64,000 nucleotides of DNA from Candidatus Micrarchaeia archaeon (GCA_038874595.1 JAVZCB010000002.1:135850-199849); one strand, 5' to 3'. Shown: positions 29,823 through 39,592, counted from the stretch's first letter. Made by a program: numbers and translations. The notes: generated by a model from the sequence alone, not told the origin.

Positions 29823-30908
29823 CTATTTTTTATCCTGATTGCTTTTTAATCTTATAATCCTGGAGCGACCTTTTCCGACATTCTCTTTTACTTCAATTAT
29901 CCCAGATTTCTCCATTTTTGTAAGGTAATTTCTCACAGTTCTCTCATTCATGCCATCAAGCTTGGCATACAACTCACCGCTACTTATCTCACCATTCTTG
30001 AGTATTTCAATGATCTTTTTTTCTACCTCTCCAAGCTCAACCTCAACCTTCTCGATTTTTGCCTGCCGCGACTTTTGTGCAGCCGCCGCTTCCTCAACAC
30101 TTTGCACATCGAGTTTGGGCAGCCCTTTTTTTTCGGCAATCCTCCCCGCTGAAAGAAGTAGGCCGATACCAACCCTCGCATCACCGTTAAATTTGTACGC
30201 ATGCGCAGCACACACACCAATCGCCTCAGGCGAATATGAGCTGAACGCAAGCCGCGCCCTCTCCTCCAGTATCTGTTTAAGCTGTGGGACAGTATATGGT
30301 TTAAACTCAACATCTCTGTTTATTACGGAGCTCCTTATGCGCGGGTCCAGGGCGGCGAGCAGCCCAACATCATTAACAATCCCAATAACACTTATTTTTA
30401 CACCATAAACCTCATTCATCCTGCTGATATCATATAACACATCGCCGTGCCCACTTGCTACCAACCGGTCCATCTCATCAAGCACGACAACAACAAAAAT
30501 CCCCTTCTTTTTTATTATCTCAGCCATTCTTTTAAGCACATCCTCAACCGCAGCCCCTTTCATAGGCGATATATATCCCACACATCTTGCAATCTCACTT
30601 AAAATCCCAAACCTCGTGCCCATATGCCAGCAGTTTACATAAGTGATGCGGACCTTTCCAGAATATTCGGCGAGCTGCCTAATTACGTACTTGAGCACAG
30701 CTGTTTTTCCCGTCCCAGGCGGGCCATAGATAAGCAAGCTTTCAGGCTTCCTACCATTAAGTGCAACCTTAAAATTATGTGCAATCTCATTAATTTCCCT
30801 TTCCCTCCCAGGCAACCTTTCTGGAAGGTACTCTGGAAGCAGTACATCCTCATTGAGAAGAAGCTCGCCATAATCCATATACGACACCTTTACAGCAGCC
30901 GACACCAC
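29823..30908 (-). CDS. cdc6: Orc1/Cdc6 replication initiator
   Basis: AAA+ Walker A IYGPPGTGKTA, Walker B VVLDEMD, C-terminal winged helix. Confidence 0.9.
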   Translation of the reverse strand: MVSAAVKVSYMDYGELLLNEDVLLPEYLPERLPGREREINEIAHNFKVALNGRKPESLLIYGPPGTGKTAVLKYVIRQLAEYSGKVRITYVNCWHMGTRFGILSEIARCVGYISPMKGAAVEDVLKRMAEIIKKKGIFVVVVLDEMDRLVASGHGDVLYDISRMNEVYGVKISVIGIVNDVGLLAALDPRIRSSVINRDVEFKPYTVPQLKQILEERARLAFSSYSPEAIGVCAAHAYKFNGDARVGIGLLLSAGRIAEKKGLPKLDVQSVEEAAAAQKSRQAKIEKVEVELGEVEKKIIEILKNGEISSGELYAKLDGMNERTVRNYLTKMEKSGIIEVKENVGKGRSRIIRLKSNQDKK

Positions 30909-30922
30909 ACCATAAATAATAC

Positions 30923-31648
30923 CTAAAACCCAGCGGCACTTTCAAACACCGGCTGGCTAGGATAAAGCACAACACCTTTCCCTTCAACCATCTTAAGCGG
31001 GACCATCTTTTTGAAATGATTCGTCCCGCGCATCTTTACAACTTCAAGTGCAAAATCCCTGACCTCTTTTTTCCTGATAGAATGTATTGCAATGAACCCA
31101 TCAGCAATAAACTCAACGCCAAACTTAGCCTTCATATCTCCAAGCGTGTTTAATTCGCCTTCTGACGTGATAAGTGAAGTAACACCCCATTTCTTTAGGT
31201 TTGCGAACAGCTGCAGCACAGCCTGCCTCATCTTATAATCATTCTCAAAAAGCAATGCAAAAGAGGTTATCGAATCAATAACAACCCTCTTAATTCCCAT
31301 ATCCTTGATTGTATCTTCGATCACGGTTCCATCCTTGAAAAACTTTTCAGCCTCATGCGGAGCATACTGCATAAACCTGAACTTACCTTTTTTTTCAAGC
31401 ATCTCAAAATCCCAACCGAACCTCTTCATATGCCGGTAAACCTGCAATTTTGGTTCTTCAAATGTTATATAAAGACCGGATTCACCATATACAGCCGCCC
31501 CATTATGCAGAAACTGCAACGCAAGCGTGCTTTTTCCAGCACCCGCATCGGCAGCAACCATAATTATAGATTCTCTTTCAAAACCGCCTTCTATCATTTC
31601 ATCAAGGCCCTCAATACCAGTTGGTGCCCTGCCATTCTCGTTTGCCAT
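30923..31648 (-). CDS. KaiC-like RecA-superfamily ATPase (single domain)
   Basis: Walker A MVAADAGAGKST and a RecA/KaiC-fold core. 241 aa. Confidence 0.8.
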   Translation of the reverse strand: MANENGRAPTGIEGLDEMIEGGFERESIIMVAADAGAGKSTLALQFLHNGAAVYGESGLYITFEEPKLQVYRHMKRFGWDFEMLEKKGKFRFMQYAPHEAEKFFKDGTVIEDTIKDMGIKRVVIDSITSFALLFENDYKMRQAVLQLFANLKKWGVTSLITSEGELNTLGDMKAKFGVEFIADGFIAIHSIRKKEVRDFALEVVKMRGTNHFKKMVPLKMVEGKGVVLYPSQPVFESAAGF

Positions 31649-31665
31649 AATACCACCATGTCTTT

Positions 31666-31863
31666 TTACTTGTTATTATTGATAATATTCTCAACGAGCT
31701 CTCTTCTCCCAGTAATACGCACCAGTTCTTCAATATACTCTTTTCTAAATGAAATTTCATCCCTGCTCCTTTTAAGCGCCTCCGCTGCCAGGGTTTCAGC
31801 AACAGGCCCAAAAACCTTCTTTGCTTTTTCAACCATCTTTTTAGTTAAAGGTGTTGCATCCAT
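31666..31863 (-). CDS. small helical hypothetical protein (65 aa) within the KaiC-like operon
   Basis: ORF tightly packed between roadblock and KaiC-like genes, with 15-18 bp spacers. Confidence 0.4.
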   Translation of the reverse strand: MDATPLTKKMVEKAKKVFGPVAETLAAEALKRSRDEISFRKEYIEELVRITGRRELVENIINNNK

Positions 31864-31878
31864 ATTAATAACCTTCCT

Positions 31879-32247
31879 TCACCCACCAAGTATATCAGAT
31901 ACCTTTTTGCTGGCGTTCTCCATGCTGAGCAGCACAAGGCCTAGGTTTGCGTTTTTACTTACCAAGCATGCAAGTATTGCCATACTCCCCGCCCCGGTTG
32001 CAACAAGCTTTCCATCACCACTTTCCACAATTACCTGGTTAAATCCACCTATTTTTAGCTCGTCAGCAGATGTTTCAGCGGTCCCTACAAGCGCAGCAGT
32101 CATAGCCGCTATCGTTCTGCCATCCACATAGTTAGGCATATCGCTTGCAACCATCAGCCCGTCCCGGCGCACGATTGCACTAGCACTAATATCACCAACT
32201 TTTCTCAGTTCAGCAAGTATTGTCTCCAACTCCTGCCTTTTTTCCAT
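31879..32247 (-). CDS. Roadblock/LC7 (MglB-like) domain protein
   Basis: ASAIVRRDGLMVASDMP....AAMTAALVGTAE matches the roadblock pattern. Confidence 0.7.
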   Translation of the reverse strand: MEKRQELETILAELRKVGDISASAIVRRDGLMVASDMPNYVDGRTIAAMTAALVGTAETSADELKIGGFNQVIVESGDGKLVATGAGSMAILACLVSKNANLGLVLLSMENASKKVSDILGG

Positions 32248-32308
32248 GATATTAGATGCGGTTTAAACATTTATAAATAAGCAGCCCGATGTAATATTAG
32301 GTGTTCAT

Positions 32309-32707
32309 ATGGTGGCCAAAAAGCTCAAATCTAAGGTTAAGAAATCTGGACGGGCAAGCAAAATTAGGAAGAAGGCGACCGCCCGGAAAACGGCCAGAAA
32401 GCCGGCTCCGATAGAGAAAAAAATCGAGCACGATCTTGAACCAGTCCTGCGTGAAGAGATAAGGCAAGACATAGAGAGCGAGATTAAGGAGGAAGTTGCA
32501 AACGAGGTTAAGAACGCGATTGAGGTTGAAGAGGAAGACAATATGCTCAAAATTGCAATCAGTGTCATAATAAGTACAATACTTACAGCATTGATTGCTG
32601 GTGCTGTTTGGTGGTTTAACCCGCTCCCAGCATCCCAGATAACCTTAATAGCAATCGTTGTTTGGATTATAATAACAATAGTGGCATACTTCTTCCAGAG
32701 TAAGTAG
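32309..32707 (+). CDS. small protein with Lys-rich histone-H1-like N-terminus, acidic linker and C-terminal two-TM hairpin
   Basis: MVAKKLKSKVKKSGRASKIRKKATARKTARK, then an E-rich segment, then two hydrophobic helices. Preferred over the antisense Ser-rich ORF 32305-32751. Confidence 0.45.
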   Translation: MVAKKLKSKVKKSGRASKIRKKATARKTARKPAPIEKKIEHDLEPVLREEIRQDIESEIKEEVANEVKNAIEVEEEDNMLKIAISVIISTILTALIAGAVWWFNPLPASQITLIAIVVWIIITIVAYFFQSK

Positions 32708-32780
32708 ACATTTGGAAAAATCCTAAATAAGCTTTTTGGAAATTTTTTCATATTATAAACATTTTCTGTCCTTTAATTTT

Positions 32781-35700
32781 ATGCGCGTGCCATTTTTTAT
32801 CTTAGCATTGCTTTTTGCACTTTCTCCATGCTTCGCTTTCAATGCAACTTACCTGGACCCAACAATTGAAAAGCCGTGGGAATTTAACAGCGTCTCGCTA
32901 CCAGATTTTATAACAAACGTGCTTCTCAATAGCCCTGGCAGGACAGACATTGACAATAGCTATATGTTTGCGCTTTCACCGGAAGTATCTTCACAGCTGA
33001 GCGAAGAGATACGCCACGCTAAGAATGCAGACCAGAATCTGAAAACGCTCGGTGAAAGTAGATACCTCCTCAAAGATGCAATCCAGAGTCATCTTAACGA
33101 GACAGTTGGAAAATCTGCCGCAGCAATCGCTTACATGCTTGTTCCTATGCTTGGGATGTTTTTGGCCATTGATGCGGGAACAGGGGCGATATATGAGGTT
33201 TCAGATCTTGGGGCGGAGATGCTATCAATATGTAAAAACCATTATACGGCAGCGGTAGCGGCAGTCGAGGAAAGCGAGCTGGCATACAACGGCCTGCTAT
33301 CAAAGGTTTCTATGGGTTACAGGGAGCTTTGGCTTATGGGTGCTCTCAATCCTTCCTATAAAGGCAGGTATGCCAACGACATCGCACAGCTAGAGTCGCG
33401 CCTTGCATCAATAGATGGCAAGCTGCTGCGTGAGCGGGAAGCCAGCATTAAGAAATATGCACATATGACTGCAAATGACCCGTCAGCTTATCATCCTCTT
33501 GTTTCAGAGTCAGTGTTCCAGGCCAGGTACCTGCTTGATGGGCAGGAATCAGCATTCTCAAAGCTTATTTTTGCATACACAGCCCAGAATTCAATAAAAG
33601 AGGGCCTTATCAAAGAGCGCGAATCAGCAAAGTCTTCCGCAGAAACACGTGCCGGGCAAATATCTGCAGAATACTCTGAGGTAAGTAAGAAATATGGGCA
33701 GATAACAGATGCAGATGTTGTATACTTTGGTATTGCTACGCTGGACACGCTTGATTCACCTTCAACCCATATTTCAAAAGCTTCTGAAAACATTGCAGAA
33801 TACACTTCCATCATCTCAGAAGGTGACAGGGTTTATGCTGCAAAATCATACGGATATGTTATAGACTCAATAAATGCATATTACTTAGCGCTTTCAAAGA
33901 TGGATAGTGCATCATATAACCTGAAAGAGGCGGCGCGGCGCGGAATCCTGATAGTCAGCTCTGCCGAAAATATAACACAAAAAGAGTATATTGCAGCAAC
34001 AGCTGCAGCATCTGCATTTATTCCTAAGACTGCGGCAGAGCAACAGCAGCTCTCTCTTGCTCGTAGCATGATCGAAAAGGCAGAAAAAGAAATGGCTCTT
34101 GCCAGCAATACTCCTGCTGAGAGGATATCACATCTTAAAATTGCGCTGAACAGCCTGCGCCTTGCCCGTGCATATCTTTCTCCAGACGAAGTGTTCCGTG
34201 CAAATGCCAAGGACTCAGCGGTGAGCTCACTTGATTATTTGAAATCGGTGATTGACCGTGCAAAAACAGATTCAATCGATGTTTCTTATGAAGAATCATA
34301 TTATAAAAGCAAAATGCTTGCATTGCAGAGCGGCAATTTAGCCGCTGCAGAAATGGTAAACATCTCACTCACATGCAACAACCTGACGGAACAAATATTT
34401 ATGCGTGGCGCTGCACAGTATTCACATCTTTCATCACGTTATGCCACATTGCTACCGCTGGCAACGTATTTTGAATCGCTTGATGGCAAGCCATTGAAAG
34501 AGTACACATTGCTCAACCCATACATAGACGCCACTGGCACTTTTGATAAATATCTATCGCTCGGGCATTACAAGGAGATAACTGGGCTCATAGCAGGGCT
34601 CGAAGCGCAAATACGTGTAAAAACGAAAGAGCTCATCCGCGAATCGCTTGAAAGAAACGCTGTTGTGAGCGTCAATTATGACAACGCAACGATTGTTTTA
34701 GATGTGCCTATCACGCGCAAGGTTGATGTATCTACATACAGTATTCTGGATTTAGAGTACAAAGGGCCTATTTCAACGAGCATTCGAATTCCCTATGACG
34801 TTTCAAGATCAAAGGCCAAGTATGATACGGCAGGGCTTTCTTATAGTTATACAAACAACCAGCTCAATATTCTTATCAACCAATACACCCCAAATAAGAT
34901 GTATACAATTTCTTTTGAGGACACGCAGGTTCTTGCAAGAACACAATCCGTTAAAAGGGAATCTACCCTTATTACGCCAACGCTGCTCAGGGTAAAAGTT
35001 GAGAGAAAAATAACCTCGCTCGGAACCCCCTATCTTAAAATCCCGGCAAACTATGATTATTCATATGTGTTGTATTATGATGGAGAGTACGTTGGGAGTT
35101 TTAATTATGATGCGGAAATAGCACGACCGATACCTGCAGGGGAGCATATATTAACAATGGTATATTCAATTGAAAACCCTTTTGTTGCTACATTGAACAG
35201 CGTATCTAGCACAAAAACCAGCACAACAATGTCTGTTATCATTAAAAACACAGTCCCATTTGATATTAGCGACGCTATGATAAGCTATGACATTCCGGCA
35301 GTATCCCCATCTTCTGTATTAGTATCATCTTCGGATTGTGAAATAAAATCAACTGCCAGCACACATTTTCCAACATACACGCGTCTTACCATAAACGTGA
35401 AGGCATTTTCAGCCAGCTCAAAATGTACTTTTGACATCCATGCAAGCACACCTATAAGCAAGGAGTATATTGAGGAGGAAATTGTACGCTTATCTAAAGA
35501 CAATACTGCATTGCAGAGTAAAGAGGTGGAAAACCACCTTAACAAGGCACGGAACGCATTCGAGACTGGAAAGTATGAAGATGCTCTTAAAGCAATCTCC
35601 GATGCGGACAAGACGCTGGTTGAGGCAAAGCGAGCAACCGAGCAAGCCAATCGCCAGGGAGAAGAGATAGAAAGGTTATCAAAACAAACCGCCTCGGTGT

Positions 35701-36650
35701 TAGCCAACTTATCAAATATGAATGATGTGGAAGTCCAAAAAGCGCTTGCCAAAATCAAGTCCTACTACGATTCCGCAAATGCTGAGGCCGAGCCTGCAAA
35801 GAAGCTTACATTCCTGCGAAAAGCAAACGATGAGGTTCTGGCTTTGAACACGCTTGTATACAGTAAGATATCCTCCATTTCAGAACGCCTTAATTCAGTA
35901 AAGCAGAAATGGCTTTTACTTATAGATAAGGGATACTCAAAAAGCATGCCGCCAGAGGTTGCGGAAGTAGAGTCCGTGCTTGCGATGGCATCTTCTTCCC
36001 CAAATCCAGATTCAAGCACGTTTTTGCAGCTTGGTAAGGCCTCCTCAATTCTAGATTTGCTTGAAATATCAGTAAAGAACGCAGACAAAAATGCATCTGA
36101 ATGGGAATCTTCACTTAAAGAGAGGTTTAAGTCATCAGTTACCATGTTAAAGGCCGCAATAGCCCAGCTCACAAAAGCGTGCGGTACAAAGTGCCCCCAA
36201 GATATGGTTTCTTATTCCCAGTCACTATTATCCTTGAATCCACAAACACCGTCTGAATATTCTATTTCGATAGATACAATAAACAAAACGCTTTCCAGCA
36301 TTAACACCTATATATCTACAGAGCGCTCAGCCGCAAACACGGCAATATCAGAGCTTAAATCAATATCCTTAACAATATCGGACCCGCGCGTGAAACAGGT
36401 GCTAACACCAAAAATCCAGGAGATTGAGTCTATGTATGTTGCGGGAGAATATTCTCGAGCAAAAGAGGCAGCAATTGCAGTCAAAGAAAGCCTCACAGGC
36501 ACACCACAGAAACCAGCAGGTGATTATACCCTTATCCTTGCTGGACTTGCAGTAATTGCAATCTCCTTTATAATATTAAAGATGCGTGAGCGCGGCGCAA
36601 AATCAAATGAAGCAATTCAAGAGGCAAAACAGCTAAAACGCGAAAAATAA
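32781..36650 (+). CDS. very large (about 1290 aa) Ala/Ser-rich coiled-coil surface protein with signal peptide and C-terminal TM anchor
   Basis: Signal MRVPFFILALLFALSPCFA. Long helical low-complexity body. C-terminal TM LILAGLAVIAISFIIL followed by basic residues. Confidence 0.6.
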   Translation: MRVPFFILALLFALSPCFAFNATYLDPTIEKPWEFNSVSLPDFITNVLLNSPGRTDIDNSYMFALSPEVSSQLSEEIRHAKNADQNLKTLGESRYLLKDAIQSHLNETVGKSAAAIAYMLVPMLGMFLAIDAGTGAIYEVSDLGAEMLSICKNHYTAAVAAVEESELAYNGLLSKVSMGYRELWLMGALNPSYKGRYANDIAQLESRLASIDGKLLREREASIKKYAHMTANDPSAYHPLVSESVFQARYLLDGQESAFSKLIFAYTAQNSIKEGLIKERESAKSSAETRAGQISAEYSEVSKKYGQITDADVVYFGIATLDTLDSPSTHISKASENIAEYTSIISEGDRVYAAKSYGYVIDSINAYYLALSKMDSASYNLKEAARRGILIVSSAENITQKEYIAATAAASAFIPKTAAEQQQLSLARSMIEKAEKEMALASNTPAERISHLKIALNSLRLARAYLSPDEVFRANAKDSAVSSLDYLKSVIDRAKTDSIDVSYEESYYKSKMLALQSGNLAAAEMVNISLTCNNLTEQIFMRGAAQYSHLSSRYATLLPLATYFESLDGKPLKEYTLLNPYIDATGTFDKYLSLGHYKEITGLIAGLEAQIRVKTKELIRESLERNAVVSVNYDNATIVLDVPITRKVDVSTYSILDLEYKGPISTSIRIPYDVSRSKAKYDTAGLSYSYTNNQLNILINQYTPNKMYTISFEDTQVLARTQSVKRESTLITPTLLRVKVERKITSLGTPYLKIPANYDYSYVLYYDGEYVGSFNYDAEIARPIPAGEHILTMVYSIENPFVATLNSVSSTKTSTTMSVIIKNTVPFDISDAMISYDIPAVSPSSVLVSSSDCEIKSTASTHFPTYTRLTINVKAFSASSKCTFDIHASTPISKEYIEEEIVRLSKDNTALQSKEVENHLNKARNAFETGKYEDALKAISDADKTLVEAKRATEQANRQGEEIERLSKQTASVLANLSNMNDVEVQKALAKIKSYYDSANAEAEPAKKLTFLRKANDEVLALNTLVYSKISSISERLNSVKQKWLLLIDKGYSKSMPPEVAEVESVLAMASSSPNPDSSTFLQLGKASSILDLLEISVKNADKNASEWESSLKERFKSSVTMLKAAIAQLTKACGTKCPQDMVSYSQSLLSLNPQTPSEYSISIDTINKTLSSINTYISTERSAANTAISELKSISLTISDPRVKQVLTPKIQEIESMYVAGEYSRAKEAAIAVKESLTGTPQKPAGDYTLILAGLAVIAISFIILKMRERGAKSNEAIQEAKQLKREK

Positions 36651-36682
36651 TATTATAAAATGAAATGAAAGCAAGGATTTAT

Positions 36683-36800
36683 TCTTCTTCCTCCTCTTCT
36701 TCCTCCTCTTCTTCGTCTTCCCAGTCTTCTTCCTCTTCATCCCATTCCTCATCTTCTTCCTCTTCATCGATATCTTCATCTTCCTCATCAAAGTCGTCGT
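36683..36800. repeat. about 120-bp polypyrimidine (TCT/TCC/TCA)n tract
   Basis: Reads as poly-Ser on the plus strand and poly-Glu/Asp on the minus strand. Lies between the convergent 3' end of the large surface-protein gene and the PAP2 gene promoter. Confidence 0.7.
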
Positions 36801-36880
36801 CACCGAACATCATCTTTACACCTCTGTTAGCTTTTGTTTTCTTGTCAAAGTTTTTAATACTTATGTGGGGCAATTTTCTT

Positions 36881-37984
36881 ATGCAGCCGACGTTTGATGC
36901 CATAACAAGATATATTTTTTCACTTAAAGATCCAATGCTCACATTTATTGCAACAATAATTGACGAATACCTCCCTTTGATATATCTTGTTGCCCTTATG
37001 TTTCATACAAGACTTTTATCACAGCAGGACCGTCTGCTAAAAGTTACGGTGGCCGTGCTGCTTGCGCTCCTCCTAACATATATACTTAAATACGCATTTC
37101 AGGTACCTCGGCCCTGCATTTTAGACGAGGCATACATAAAGACAGAGTGCCCAGCAGTACCAGATTTCACGTTCCCAAGCGGCCACGCAACGCTTGCAGC
37201 GGTGGTGCTTGCGCTGTTTGTTGGCACACAGGCATTTCCGACATTTCTTATTCTCTCATTACTGGTTGGTTTTTTCAGGATTAACCTGGGTGTGCATTTT
37301 CTTAACGATGTTCTTGCAGGTTTTGTAATAGGTTTTCTCTCGTACGATGTCGTGGACCGCTTTTTTTCAAAAGGTACGCTAACACTGCACACCAACAGCC
37401 AAAACCGAAAATTTGAGTTCAGGCGCCAGCTTCTTCATGTATTTATAGGGGTATTACTTCTATTTGCGCTTTTCTTATTTACAACATATTACAGGATGAA
37501 CGGCCCGGTGTATCTCGAGTTTCTCATTTTTATAGGCCTTGTATTTCTCCTCGTATTGATAAATTATAGGATGTGTGGCGGGAAAAATCCTCAAATATCC
37601 TTCATTTTTGACATATTTGAGCGTGCCGGCAGCACGCAAGGGTACGGTGCGTTCTGGTATGGCATGGGCATTTTATTCGCTTTTGTGTTCATATCAAATA
37701 TTAGTTTCCTTGCCGCAACGATAGTTGCACTTGGTATAGGTGACGGGATAGCAACACTTGTTGGTACGCATGGCAGGATACGTAATCCAATAAACCCAAA
37801 TAAGACAATTGAAGGTACACTTGCATTTTTTGCATCAACAGCTATTTTCTCATATTTCTTATTAGGACCGTTCGCGCTCTTATTTGCAGCAGTAACTGCT
37901 TTTGTCGAGTCGCTCCCTCCAAAGCTTGATGATAATTTTACTATCCCCTTGGCTTCAGTACTACTATACGCGCTTGTTTTCTGA
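36881..37984 (+). CDS. fusion of PAP2 lipid phosphatase and CTP-transferase-family polyprenol (dolichol) kinase-like domain
   Basis: PAP2 motifs KYAFQVPRP, PSGH and RINLGVHFLNDV. C-terminal GIGDGIATLVGTHGRIRNPINPNKTIEGTLAFF is typical of dolichol kinase/CdsA-family enzymes. Start placed at MQPTFD, with the TATA tttttaatac about 26 bp upstream. The track ORF starting at 36665 would add a poly-Ser N-terminus. Confidence 0.6.
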   Translation: MQPTFDAITRYIFSLKDPMLTFIATIIDEYLPLIYLVALMFHTRLLSQQDRLLKVTVAVLLALLLTYILKYAFQVPRPCILDEAYIKTECPAVPDFTFPSGHATLAAVVLALFVGTQAFPTFLILSLLVGFFRINLGVHFLNDVLAGFVIGFLSYDVVDRFFSKGTLTLHTNSQNRKFEFRRQLLHVFIGVLLLFALFLFTTYYRMNGPVYLEFLIFIGLVFLLVLINYRMCGGKNPQISFIFDIFERAGSTQGYGAFWYGMGILFAFVFISNISFLAATIVALGIGDGIATLVGTHGRIRNPINPNKTIEGTLAFFASTAIFSYFLLGPFALLFAAVTAFVESLPPKLDDNFTIPLASVLLYALVF

Positions 37985-38677
37985 TTATTTTTTTCTACAC
38001 ACAATAAACAAATGGTGCTTTTCGTATGGGTCAAGCTCAAAGCTCTCCAGGATTTCAAAAGTCCCCCCTAAGTTTGAGAGCACCCTCCTATACACTTCCT
38101 GCGGTTTCAGTGTCACATCAATTGATTGGGATTTTACAGCAATCATTGCAATCCCGTTTTTTTTCAGGTATCTGGAATTCTCAATAAGTATTCTATCTTG
38201 GTCTGGTTGTGCAACATCTTCAAATAACACATCTACCACGCCAACATAACTATATTTTTGGGGAAGCCGTGCATCTGCGAGCACCGGCCAGATATTTTTT
38301 CTGTTTTCACACCGTAAGAGCAGGTCTTTCATGCATTCAGGTGAAAACTCAACAGCATATATCCTGCCATCTTCACCAATAATATCTGATATAAAACTTA
38401 CCGTAACGCCTGCAGCCGCACCCAAGTAAAGCACTTTCACGCCTTCTCTAAAAGGCCACGTCTTAAGTCCTTTCATCATTGCCGCTCCAAGCTTACTCCT
38501 CTTTGGGTCCCATACCCTATACTCCTTTCCATCCTCTTTAACGATTTGCTCGCCATGCACCCGCACACCAGGGTCTAAACTCAAGGTGGCAATTTTCCCG
38601 TCAATTTCATAAACCCCATAATATGAAGATTTTTTAATAACCATGGCTAAATTAGGAAAGTGAAAGCACATAAACAA
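37985..38677 (-). CDS. flpA: fibrillarin (rRNA/tRNA 2'-O-methyltransferase)
   Basis: VLYLGAAAGVTVSFISDIIG, IYAVEFSPEC, NIWPVLADARLPQKY and VDVLFEDVAQPDQ are collinear with fibrillarin. Confidence 0.9.
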   Translation of the reverse strand: MFMCFHFPNLAMVIKKSSYYGVYEIDGKIATLSLDPGVRVHGEQIVKEDGKEYRVWDPKRSKLGAAMMKGLKTWPFREGVKVLYLGAAAGVTVSFISDIIGEDGRIYAVEFSPECMKDLLLRCENRKNIWPVLADARLPQKYSYVGVVDVLFEDVAQPDQDRILIENSRYLKKNGIAMIAVKSQSIDVTLKPQEVYRRVLSNLGGTFEILESFELDPYEKHHLFIVCRKK

Positions 38678-39592
38678 ATGCTTTATTTGGCAGTTTCATT
38701 GCTTTCCCTAATACTATTCATTTTGATTGCACAGTGGCTTGGTTTTGATGTTTCCGCCTCTTTTAGTGAGATTCTCTCAATAGGGATACTACCATTCATA
38801 ATACTTTTTTTAATTACAACGATAGAGTTTATTGCAAAGACATTCAGGTTTAAATATGCACTGAATAATGAGTATTCCTTTAGGCAGCTAGCAGCACCTT
38901 ATCTTGCCAGCATTTTCATATCCTTCCTTGTCCCATCAAGATTTGCGGGGGAAGGAATACGGCCATTGGCATTCAGGTCAAACCCAAAAATACCTGCCAG
39001 CGAGTGCCTCTCAGCAATCTCGATTGAGCGCGTATTTGATGTGTTGTTCTTGCCTTTCCTTCTTTTTGGGGCCATCTCATCCCTGTTGGACCCAATAATA
39101 TCAATTGCACTTATAATCTCGCTTATCTTGTTTCTTGTAATATCAACGACGACTTTATTTATAGAGGCCTCCTCGCTGGTGCCACATAAGGCGCTATCAT
39201 CTTTTTTTAGCATATATTTCAAGTCATTGCGCGACACGATTTCTAACACGAACAAGTTCATAACCATAACGGCGCTTACAGTAATAATATGGCTGTGCGC
39301 ATTCCTGCGCTTGTGGCTTATCATAATGTTTTTGGATGCAAGCCTGCCCTTCTTTGAGGCTTCCTCTGCAAGCGCCGCCGCATACTTGTTTTCTGTGTTA
39401 TCAATCCTCCCAGGCGGCGGAGTTTTGTTTGAAGGGGGAGGCACGGCAGCACTTATGTTTTTTGGTGTTGCATCAGATAAAGCGCTGTCTGCGATGCTTG
39501 TTGAGCGCTTTTTCGCGTATTGGGTATTTATAATAGCGGGCCTGGCGGTGCTTCCCTACCTTAAATTAATGGGCGCGGGGAAGAAAGAATAA
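38660..39592 (+). CDS. UPF0104/LPG-synthase-TM-like integral membrane protein (flippase-like)
   Basis: Eight predicted TM helices. FRSNPKIPASECLSAISIERVFD region. Confidence 0.4.
   Translation: MKAHKQMLYLAVSLLSLILFILIAQWLGFDVSASFSEILSIGILPFIILFLITTIEFIAKTFRFKYALNNEYSFRQLAAPYLASIFISFLVPSRFAGEGIRPLAFRSNPKIPASECLSAISIERVFDVLFLPFLLFGAISSLLDPIISIALIISLILFLVISTTTLFIEASSLVPHKALSSFFSIYFKSLRDTISNTNKFITITALTVIIWLCAFLRLWLIIMFLDASLPFFEASSASAAAYLFSVLSILPGGGVLFEGGGTAALMFFGVASDKALSAMLVERFFAYWVFIIAGLAVLPYLKLMGAGKKE

Noticed and set aside
31355-32131. 258-aa plus-strand ORF overlapping KaiC-like and roadblock genes, and similar long antisense ORFs (3202-3558, 12113-12478, 12729-13241, 13780-14247, 33881-34210, 35285-36172, 62186-62752)
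   Set aside because: Each lies antisense to a gene with clear family motifs. They are low-complexity, Ser/Leu-rich and lack domains, so are typical shadow ORFs.
32305-32751. Minus-strand 148-aa Ser-rich ORF versus plus-strand Lys-rich ORF 32309-32707
   Set aside because: The plus ORF has a coherent basic-acidic-TM architecture and promoter-side spacing. The minus ORF is low complexity. Only the plus ORF was called.
36665-36880. Poly-Ser N-terminal extension of the PAP2 fusion protein
   Set aside because: The canonical two TM helices precede PAP2 motif 1 even with the short start. A TATA element sits about 26 bp before ATG 36881. Left open in findings rather than annotated.
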